23,711 nucleotides of DNA, from the NCBI GenBank assembly GCA_963821525.1, contig CAWGED010000011.1:1-23711 (forward strand), written 5' to 3'. Position numbers and translations under genes: made by a program. The notes under the pieces are model-generated. The model was not told the DNA's origin, did not search any database, and saw only the letters and a program-made list of their open reading frames with translations. Of this stretch, positions 9,079-16,118 are shown in pieces. This DNA comes from an uncultured Gemmatimonadales bacterium. Its GTDB lineage: Bacteria; Gemmatimonadota; Gemmatimonadetes; Gemmatimonadales; GWC2-71-9. Numbering within the stretch: position 1 is the first letter of the stretch; each line of letters begins with the position of its first letter.

Positions 9079-9219
9079 GTTATTCACTGGTCCGAGCAAA
9101 TGTGGGTTTCATTACTACTCCGCTCCGAGAAAAGCTCGGCACCTATTTCCAGACGGCTGGTATCGAACGAACGCGAAGCGTGTACCTTCCGGCTGACACG
9201 CGGTGTCTTGTGGGTAAGC

Positions 9220-9250
9220 GTTAACAGCCAATAGCTAACAGCTAATAGCT
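9220..9250. repeat. Right heptamer arm GTTAACA GCCAATA GCTAACA GCTAATA GCT
   Basis: Read directly; inverted relative to 8640-8657 and ends 13 nt before the ATG at 9264. Confidence 0.9.
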
Positions 9251-9263
9251 TCTCTCCCGACCA

Positions 9264-10616
9264 ATGACCTCAACGATTCTCATCGCGGACGACCAACCCG
9301 ACATTCTCCAGGCCCTCCGCTTCCTGCTAAAAGCCGAAGGGTTCTCCGTCGATACGGTCAGCTCGCCAGGAGGTGTGCTGTCGGCGATCGAACGGAAGGA
9401 TTACGACGTCGTCCTGATGGACCTCAACTACACTCGGGACACGACGTCCGGACGCGAGGGCTTCGATCTCCTGAGCCGGATCCGGTTGCTCGACGCGACG
9501 CTCCCCGTCGTGGTGATGACCGCCTACAGCAGCGTCGAGGGCGCGGTCGAGGCGATGCGGGGCGGCGCCCGCGATTACATCGAGAAGCCGTGGGACAACG
9601 CTCGGCTCAGCGCCACGCTCAAGACCCAGGTCGAACTGGGCAAGGCGTTGCGCAAGAGTCTCCGGCTGGAGAGCGAGAACCAGAGCCTCCGGCGCGAAGG
9701 CGTACCGGACATGGTCGCAGAGTCGCCCGCGATGCGCGCGGCGATGCGTTTGATGGAGCGGGTAGGGCCGTCGGAAGCGAACGCCGTGATTCTGGGCGAG
9801 CACGGCACCGGCAAGGAGGTCGCGGCGCGCTGGCTGCACGCCGCCTCCGCGCGGGCCCAGAGACCGATGATCACGGTGAATGTGGGCGGCCTCTCCGAGG
9901 GTGTTTTCGAGAGCGAGCTCTTCGGTCACCTGAAGGGCGCCTTCACCGATGCCAAGGCCGACCGCATCGGACGCTTCGAGCTGGCCGATGGCGGGACGCT
10001 GCTCCTGGACGAGATCGCCAACATCACTCTCGGCCAGCAGGCCAAGCTGCTGCGCGTCCTGCAAATCGGAGAATTGGAACGGGTCGGCTCCTCCAAGACC
10101 CGCAAGGTCGACGTCCGAGTCCTCTCGGCGACCAACGCCGATCTCCGAGCTGAAGTTGCCGCCGGGCGTTTCCGTGAAGATCTGCTCTACCGCCTCAACA
10201 CCATCGAGATCCGACTTCCTGCGCTCCGGGATCGCCGGGAAGACATCCCGCTTCTGGCGACCACCTTCCTCCGCCGTCACGCGACGCGCTATCGGAAGCC
10301 GGTCACCGGATTCAGCCCGGCGGCGATGCAGGCCCTGCTGAGTTACACCTGGCCCGGCAACGTCCGCGAGCTCGACCATACTATTGAAAGGGCGGTCCTC
10401 CTTACTGACCAGACCGAAATCGATCCCGCCGACCTGAGCCTCATGCCACCTTCCGACGGTGCCGCCCAGTTGGAGGCGATGACGCTCGAAGAAGTGGAGC
10501 GATTGCTGGTGCAGAAGGCGCTGGCTCGCTCCGGCGGCAGTGTGTCGGATGCGGCCAAGGCGTTGGGGCTCAGTCGAAGTGCGCTGTATCGGCGTCTCGA
10601 GCGATTTGGGATGTAG
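9264..10616 (+). CDS. Sigma54-dependent (NtrC-family) response regulator: receiver + AAA+ + Fis-type HTH
   Basis: Receiver 'ILIADD...VLMDLN...MTAY...KPW', Walker A GEHGTGKE, '[15 protein letters not shown]', Walker B LLLDEI, 'FREDLLYRL', 'WPGNVREL', HTH '[16 protein letters not shown]'. Confidence 0.96.
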   Translation: MTSTILIADDQPDILQALRFLLKAEGFSVDTVSSPGGVLSAIERKDYDVVLMDLNYTRDTTSGREGFDLLSRIRLLDATLPVVVMTAYSSVEGAVEAMRGGARDYIEKPWDNARLSATLKTQVELGKALRKSLRLESENQSLRREGVPDMVAESPAMRAAMRLMERVGPSEANAVILGEHGTGKEVAARWLHAASARAQRPMITVNVGGLSEGVFESELFGHLKGAFTDAKADRIGRFELADGGTLLLDEIANITLGQQAKLLRVLQIGELERVGSSKTRKVDVRVLSATNADLRAEVAAGRFREDLLYRLNTIEIRLPALRDRREDIPLLATTFLRRHATRYRKPVTGFSPAAMQALLSYTWPGNVRELDHTIERAVLLTDQTEIDPADLSLMPPSDGAAQLEAMTLEEVERLLVQKALARSGGSVSDAAKALGLSRSALYRRLERFGM

Positions 10617-10619
10617 GGG

Positions 10620-10816
10620 AGCCGTCAGCCGTCAGCCTTCAGCCGTCAGCAGGGCACCTCATCCCGAGCGTAGCGAGGGATCTAGCCTCCTGGACCAGAC
10701 GCCTGGGCAAGTTGGTTAGATCCCTCGTCGCTACGCTCCTCGGGATGAGGTACTCCGAAATGCTCTCGCTGAAGGCCGACGGCTGATGGCTGACGGCTAA
10801 TAGCTGACGGCTGACG
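10620..10816. repeat. Nested palindrome: AGCCKTC x4 / REP-like 29-bp dyad / GCTGACG-type x7
   Basis: Left array 10620-10650. Dyad arms ACCTCATCCCGAGCGTAGCGAGGGATCTA (10656-10684) and TAGATCCCTCG[TCG]CTACGCTC[CTC]GGGATGAGGT (10717-10751). Right array 10768-10816. Confidence 0.92.
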
Positions 10817-10841
10817 TCTCACCCACACATATTCCCGCCCA

Positions 10842-12158
10842 ATGCGCTCCACATCTCACCCAAAACGAGTCCTGCTGCTGGCACTCATGGCGACGCTGCC
10901 CGCCACGGTGTTCGCGCTGGCCTTCGTGTGGGTGGGAGATTACTCCTCGAAGGTCCAATGGACCGTCACGATGGTCGTGGCGCTCGGGCTGCTGATCGGC
11001 GCGACCGCGCTGTACGACCGTGTCGTGCTGCCGCTCCAGACCGTTTCCAATCTCCTCGCGGCCCTTCGCGAAGGCGACTACTCCCTGCGCGCCCGCGGAG
11101 CCACGCCGGATGATCCACTGGGACTGGTGTATCTCGAGGCCAACGCCCTGCGAGACACGCTGCGGGCCCAGCGGCTGGGCGCCCTCGAAGCGACGGCCCT
11201 GCTCCGCACGGTGATGGCGGAGATCGACGTCGCGGTGCTGAGCTTCGATGAGAATGGGCGGCTGCGGCTGGTGAATCGGGCCGGGGAACGGTTTCTCTCG
11301 CAGCCGGCCGAGCGTGCCCTCGGTCTCGACGCGGAGACCCTGGGACTCGCGGGCGGCTTCGAGGGCGAGAGCCCTCGCGTGATCGAGCGGGGCAGCACGC
11401 CCGCCGTCCGCTGGGAATTGCGTCGCACCAGCTTTCGGGAGGGAGGAAAGCCGCACCAGCTGCTCGTTCTGGCGGATGTGAGCCGCACACTCCAGGTCGA
11501 GGAGAGGCAGGCCTGGCAGCGGCTGGTCCGCGTCTTGAGCCACGAGATCAACAATTCCCTGGCGCCGATTCGTTCCCTCGCCGGCAGCCTGCGCTCGGCG
11601 CTGGATCGCCGTGTCACTCCCAGCGAGACGGATGGCGCCGACCTGCGTCACGGACTCGACATCATCGGTCAACGCGCGGAAGCGCTGGCGCGCTTCATGG
11701 GCGCCTACGCCCGACTCGCCCGGTTGCCCAAACCGGTCCTGGCGAAGGTTGCGGTCGAGCCCTGGGTCCAGCGGGTGGTGGGACTGGTCCAGGATCCCCG
11801 AGTCCGCATTGGCGGCGGACCCGAAGTGAGCATCGCGGCCGACGCCGACCAGCTGGATCAGTTGCTGATCAATCTGGTTCGCAACGCGATCGAAGCGATG
11901 GGCGGAGGTCCGGGTGAGGTCACGGTAAGCTGGAAAAAGGCAGGGCAGGGGCTCGAGCTATTCGTGGAAGATGATGGCCCGGGCCTGAGTGAGACCGGCA
12001 ATCTCTTCGTTCCTTTCTATACCACGAAGCCTGGCGGCTCCGGGATCGGGCTGGTCCTGAGCCGGCAAATCGCCGAAGGCCACGGCGGGGCCCTTCATTT
12101 AGAGAATAGGCGAGGGCGGGCCGGGTGCAGGGCCAAGATCTGGCTGCCGGTCCTCTGA
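10842..12158 (+). CDS. Sensor histidine kinase (2 TM, HAMP-like, PAS-like, HisKA, HATPase)
   Basis: Two N-terminal hydrophobic helices, H-box 'SHEINNSLAPI', N-box 'NLVRNAIEA', G1 'DDGPG', F-box 'LFVPFYTTK', G2 'GSGIGL'. Adjacent to the response regulator. Confidence 0.95.
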   Translation: MRSTSHPKRVLLLALMATLPATVFALAFVWVGDYSSKVQWTVTMVVALGLLIGATALYDRVVLPLQTVSNLLAALREGDYSLRARGATPDDPLGLVYLEANALRDTLRAQRLGALEATALLRTVMAEIDVAVLSFDENGRLRLVNRAGERFLSQPAERALGLDAETLGLAGGFEGESPRVIERGSTPAVRWELRRTSFREGGKPHQLLVLADVSRTLQVEERQAWQRLVRVLSHEINNSLAPIRSLAGSLRSALDRRVTPSETDGADLRHGLDIIGQRAEALARFMGAYARLARLPKPVLAKVAVEPWVQRVVGLVQDPRVRIGGGPEVSIAADADQLDQLLINLVRNAIEAMGGGPGEVTVSWKKAGQGLELFVEDDGPGLSETGNLFVPFYTTKPGGSGIGLVLSRQIAEGHGGALHLENRRGRAGCRAKIWLPVL

Positions 12159-12163
12159 TGATC

Positions 12164-12212
12164 AACTTTACATTACAAAGTACTTGACATTACTGCCTCC
12201 AGCCTCAAGATT
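12164..12212 (+). promoter_or_regulatory. Palindromic operator ACTTT-N7-AAAGT next to a sigma70-type promoter
   Basis: AACTTTACATTACAAAGTACTT (12164-12185), perfect TTGACA (12184-12189), 17-nt spacer, AAGATT (12207-12212). ATG follows at 12219 with no SD. Confidence 0.7.
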
Positions 12213-12218
12213 GCTTCC

Positions 12219-12830
12219 ATGCGCGCCCGCCCCGTCCGCCCTGTCCCCAATTCAGAAATCCCGATCCAGGATCGGGCGCTGGAAAACCTGCGCTTTATCC
12301 GGGACACGATGGAGCACGCCGGACCCTTTACCGCCGTGCCAGGGTGGGGCGGGGTAGCGATGGGCGTAACGGCGCTGGGAGCGGCCCTGGTGGCCCAGGC
12401 TCAGACTACCCCCGACCGGTGGCTGCTCGCCTGGATCGTCGAGGGCTGGCTGGCGTTTGCGATTGGGGGGGTGGCCATGGTAAGGAAAGCGGCAATCAGC
12501 TCAACCCCGCTCACTTCCAAGCCCGGGCGCCGCTTCGTCCTCGCTTACGCCCCGCCGATGCTGGTCGGTGGCCTCCTCACGTTCGCTCTCTACCGGGCCG
12601 GGCTCACCGGGCTGCTTCCGGCTCTCTGGCTGCTGTTGTACGGCACCGCAGTGGTTACTGGTGGCGCCATGTCGGTTCCTGTGGTCCCCGTGATGGGGGC
12701 CTGCTTCATTCTCCTGGGGGCCATCGCACTGTTGGCACCGGTCGCCTGGAGTAACGCCCTGATGGCCCTCGGCTTCGGAGGGCTGCACATCGGATTCGGG
12801 GCCTGGATTGCAAGGAGGTACGGTGGCTAA
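12219..12830 (+). CDS. Hypothetical integral membrane protein (about 6 TM)
   Basis: 203 aa with multiple Gly-rich hydrophobic segments ('ALENLRFIRDTME...GWGGVAMG...LWLLLYG...GFGGLHIGFG'). Overlaps the start of the downstream regulator. Confidence 0.85.
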   Translation: MRARPVRPVPNSEIPIQDRALENLRFIRDTMEHAGPFTAVPGWGGVAMGVTALGAALVAQAQTTPDRWLLAWIVEGWLAFAIGGVAMVRKAAISSTPLTSKPGRRFVLAYAPPMLVGGLLTFALYRAGLTGLLPALWLLLYGTAVVTGGAMSVPVVPVMGACFILLGAIALLAPVAWSNALMALGFGGLHIGFGAWIARRYGG

Positions 12831-13207
12831 GTCGAACGCGGCCCGGCAGACTGCGGGCGGAAAACCAGCAGCGACCAAACGCCTGGAGGCGATCGCGGGG
12901 CTCAAGGCCGCGGCACCCGCTGAGCTCGATCGCCTGATTCACGAGCGGCTCCGGCTCGGCGTGGTGAGTGCCCTCGCGGTCAATCCGTCGCTCACGTTCA
13001 ATGAGCTCAAGGCCCTGCTCAAGACCACCGACGGCAACCTCAGCGTCCACGCCCGGAAGCTGGAGGACGCGGGATACGTGCAGTGCACGAAGTCGTTCGA
13101 GGGACGGACTGCCGCGCACCGAGTACCGGCTGACCGCGGCAGGCCGGAGAGCGCTGGAAGATTATCTGGAGCACATGGAGGGGTTGATCAGGATGATGAG
13201 GGGGTAG
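12823..13207 (+). CDS. Winged-helix transcriptional regulator (HTH_34/ArsR-like), split by a +1 frameshift near 13108
   Basis: AGGAGG (12813-12818) before GTG 12823. 'LDRLIHERLRLGVVSAL...TFNELKALLKTTDGNLSVHARKLEDAGYV..KSFEGR' continues in another frame as 'LPRTEYRLTAAGRRALEDYL...*'. Removing one base joins them. Confidence 0.85.
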
Positions 13208-13214
13208 GGGACTG

Positions 13215-13297
13215 AGGTGTCAGGTATCAGGTGTCAGGGGACAGACGACAGATTTCGACCTTAGACCTTAGACCTTCGACCTTCGACCCTTTTTTTT
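13215..13297. repeat. Heptamer arrays AGGTRTC x3 (degenerating) and GACCTTM x4 + GACCCTT, ending in a T8 run
   Basis: AGGTGTC AGGTATC AGGTGTC AGGGGAC AGACGAC AGATTTC GACCTTA GACCTTA GACCTTC GACCTTC GACCCTT TTTTTT read directly. Confidence 0.88.
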
Positions 13298-13304
13298 AAC
13301 CCCT

Positions 13305-13326
13305 AACTTTACCATGCAAAGTACTT
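13305..13326. promoter_or_regulatory. Second copy of the ACTTT-N7-AAAGT operator, overlapping the ATG at 13314
   Basis: AACTTTACCATGCAAAGTACTT is identical to 12164-12185 at 19 of 22 positions; all mismatches are in the central spacer. Confidence 0.75.
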
Positions 13327-14767
13327 CAATCATCGCACGAACCCCGGCTTCCTGGCTCACCCTGTCGCTGCTCGCGGGTGTGGGGTCTCATCTCGCTGTT
13401 CAACGAGGCCGACGTTGGGCTCAACGTGCTCATCTGGGCGGCACTGCTCGAGCTGTGCTGGCTTGGGCTCCGCGCCGATCAGCGGCCCACTCGACAGCAA
13501 CGGTTGCTCCTTGGCCTGGCGCTCTGCTTCGCGGCTGGATTCGCCTGGCGGACGTCGCCGTTCCTGCGTCTGGCCGATGCCATTGGCCTGGTCACCTGTG
13601 CCGTGCTCATCCCGCTGGTTCGGGAAGAGTCACTTCTCACCCTGAGACTGCACCGATTCCTGGGCGGCGTGCGTAACCTGGTCGCCCGGGTCGGAGCAGG
13701 CCTGATCCCCGCGGCCTTTGACGCGCAGGAGGAGGCCAGGGAACGGGGAGCCCCCAGCGTTCTGCTCCCTGCCGCGCGGGGGATGGTGCTCGCGGTGCCG
13801 GCTGTCGTGATATTCGGGTCCTTGCTGGCCTCGGCCGATGCGGACTTCGAGAGACTGGTCAACAGCCTGGTGAGGTTCAATCCCGAATGGCTCATCACTA
13901 CGAGCCTGAGCATCATGTTTTTCTCCTGGTTAGCCGCCGGTGTGCTCAGCCGGAGGAGTGGCGCAAACGTCTCGCTGCCCTGGGGACCGGGGAGGCCTGG
14001 GGGCGATCGAGGTGAGCATCGTTCTGGGTGTAGTTGATGTGATGTTTCTGACCTTCGTCGTCCTGCAGGGGCGGTACTTCTTCGGTGGGGAGGCGCTGGT
14101 CCGTCAGGATCCCGGGCTCAGCTTCTCGGAGTACGCGCGCCGAGGGTTCTTCGAGCTGGTAACCGTCTCGGCGCTGGTGTTGCCGCTGGCGCTCGTCATC
14201 AAGGGCCGGCTTCGGCCTGATGACAGCCGTGCCTTGCGCAGCTATCGCATTGCGGCTGGAGTTCTCACTGCGCTCACTCTGGTCATCGTAGCCTCCGCCT
14301 TCCATCGAATGGCGATCTATCAACGCCAGTTCGGCCTCACCGAGCAGCGTTTCTATGCCAGTGCCTTCATCGGCGGGATCGCCTATACCCTGGTCTGGTT
14401 CGCTTCGACGGTTCTCGCGGGACGCGACCGTCGCTTCCTGGGCGGTACGCTGGTGGCATGGACCGCCTGGGTCGCGATGCTGCATCTCACCAATCCCGCT
14501 GCCGTCATCGCCCGGGTGAATATCCAGCGGGCGACGGAGGGGCGTGAGTTCGACGCGGCATACATCGCCTCCCTCGGCGCCGACGCAGTCCCCACACTGA
14601 TCGCAGGCCTGGACCGGCTATCGCCGAGTCATCGAGCTGCTCTCCTGGGCAAGCTCAACTGGGAACGGATCGCCCCCAGCGAGCACGACTGGCGCTCCTG
14701 GTCGCTTGCCGAGGCGAAGGCTCGCACGCTTGCCACTCAGGTAGCCCTTTCAGAAACGAACCACTGA
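13314..14767 (+). CDS. DUF4173/DUF4153-like polytopic membrane protein, about 483 aa after repairing two +1 frameshifts (near 13395 and 13990)
   Basis: Three ORF pieces join as MQSTS...LAGVGSHL / LFNEADVGLN...SLPWGP / GGLGAIEV.... Family-like motifs 'LLASADADF', 'YARRGFFELV', 'RMAIYQRQFGLTEQRFY', 'YIASLGADAVP', 'DWRSWS'. Confidence 0.8.
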
Positions 14768-14781
14768 GATATGACCCATCT

Positions 14782-15489
14782 ATGTCAAACTCCATCATCA
14801 TCCTTCAAGTGCTGGGTTTCCTGGGAACCGGAGCGCTACTCGTGGCGGGTCTCGCCGGCACGATGTGGACGGCTTCCCGGGGCTGGGCGACGTTGAGCCG
14901 CAACCTGGCCTTCGGCACCTTCGGTCTTGTGGCCCTTTATATCACGCTGCTTGTGGGCGGGGGAATGCTCAGTCGAGGCCGGATCCTTCCAGTGAACGCC
15001 GAGAAGTACTTCTGTGAGCTCGATTGCCACCTGGCCTATTCGGTAACTGATGTCCGGGTTGCGGATTCACTGGGGACGGCGGAGGACGGTCTGCGACCCA
15101 ACGGGCATTTCTGGCTGGTGACGGTGCGCACCTGGTTCGATCCGAACACGATCTCGGCCCGGCGCTCTCTTACCGAGCCCACCTGGCCAGCCCCGCGGCG
15201 GGTGGCGCTGGTGAGTGCCGAAGGAGTTCGCTACCCGCCGGTCGATGACGTGGATTTGGCATTGTCGAGCTCCGGCATCGTTTCAACTCCCATTACGAAG
15301 GAGCTTCCTCCCGGCGCCTCATACACCACAACTTTCGTCTTCGATCTCCCCGAAGAGACTGTGCCGACAGGATTGTTATTGACCGACGATCTCGTGGTGA
15401 GCCGCTTTCTGATCGGACACGAACGCAGCCCGTTCCACGCCCCCACGCTGCTTCAGTTGCCTTCCTCCTCGATGGCGAAGGGATCCTGA
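14782..15489 (+). CDS. Membrane-anchored hypothetical protein with a DUF4352-like beta domain
   Basis: Two N-terminal TM segments, a CxxxC motif (FCELDCH), and 'FWLVTVR...LVSAEGVRY...ELPPGASYTTTFVFDLP'. Domain assignment is by eye only. Confidence 0.7.
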   Translation: MSNSIIILQVLGFLGTGALLVAGLAGTMWTASRGWATLSRNLAFGTFGLVALYITLLVGGGMLSRGRILPVNAEKYFCELDCHLAYSVTDVRVADSLGTAEDGLRPNGHFWLVTVRTWFDPNTISARRSLTEPTWPAPRRVALVSAEGVRYPPVDDVDLALSSSGIVSTPITKELPPGASYTTTFVFDLPEETVPTGLLLTDDLVVSRFLIGHERSPFHAPTLLQLPSSSMAKGS

Positions 15490-15494
15490 CCTCG

Positions 15495-15659
15495 ATGGAC
15501 GCTGTGCCGCTGCTGGTCGCGGCAATGCTATCGACCACTCTCGGTTTCTCGCGGTACCACGCCAGGGTCGACGCGACTTCCGTGGTGGATCGTCTGGCGT
15601 GCTGGGGCTGTTTCCTCGTTGCCTTATTGGCGATGCTCGCGTCCCTGGCCGGGGACTAG
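15495..15659 (+). CDS. Small 54-aa putative two-helix membrane protein (not in the ORF track)
   Basis: MDAVPLLVAAMLSTTLGFSRYHARVDATSVVDRLACWGCFLVALLAMLASLAGD*. ATG is 5 nt after the previous stop, with AAGGGA upstream, and it fills the gap. Confidence 0.55.
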   Translation: MDAVPLLVAAMLSTTLGFSRYHARVDATSVVDRLACWGCFLVALLAMLASLAGD

Positions 15660-15712
15660 CGGTCGAGGTACCCTCCCGTTCTGTTTCAGACGGTCTCAAC
15701 CGGAACGTCTCA

Positions 15713-16033
15713 ATGAAGCCCTATCCGGACTCCTGGCTCCCCGCCATGTTTGGGGTCCTGCTGCTTCCTTCCATTGGAGCCTGCCAGCGCGTGAAGCCAC
15801 TCGACAGTGACGAGATTCGGGTTTCCGGAACCATCGAGCTCACACCTGTCGGGGTGAATTGCTGGCGGCTGACCGGAAAGGACGGCAAGAACTACGAGCT
15901 GCGCGCCGATCAGGCGCCGGCCGGGTTGCTCACCAATGGCAAGTCGGTAACGCTGGTGCTCAAGCTCCGGTCCGACCTGATGAGTGCCTGTCAGGTGGGC
16001 CAGATTGCCGATGTAATGCGGGTTGAGCAGTGA
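15713..16033 (+). CDS. Small putative lipoprotein (106 aa)
   Basis: MKPYPDSWLPAMFGVLLLPSIGA-C lipobox-like signal, then a beta-rich body 'VSGTIEL..GVNCWRLTGKDGKNYEL...MSACQVG' with a Cys pair. ATG 15713 preferred over 15599. Confidence 0.7.
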   Translation: MKPYPDSWLPAMFGVLLLPSIGACQRVKPLDSDEIRVSGTIELTPVGVNCWRLTGKDGKNYELRADQAPAGLLTNGKSVTLVLKLRSDLMSACQVGQIADVMRVEQ

Positions 16034-16118
16034 ACGAAACTCCCACCCCCCACGCCCCGTAAGCTCCCCGACCCGCAGGTTGGTCCCTATGAGCGGTCCC
16101 TCTTTCATGGAGAAACGC

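Noticed and set aside
8653..9099. Diversity-generating retroelement (Avd-like gene) or an rRNA intervening sequence
   Set aside because: No reverse transcriptase, no template/variable repeat pair noticed, and no rRNA sequence flanks the gene.
8640..9250. TAGCT as a target-site duplication
   Set aside because: AGCT is self-complementary and part of the repeat unit, so the direct repeat follows automatically from the inverted arrays; it is not independent evidence of transposition.
9327..10379. 350-aa antisense ORF (likewise 6518-7414, 10797-11672, 7890-8540, 22109-23119)
   Set aside because: Shadow ORFs opposite well-supported genes, expected in high-GC DNA; no recognisable motifs.
13100..13115. 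Programmed ribosomal frameshift in the regulator
   Set aside because: No slippery heptamer or stimulatory structure seen, and several unrelated indels nearby point to sequence error.
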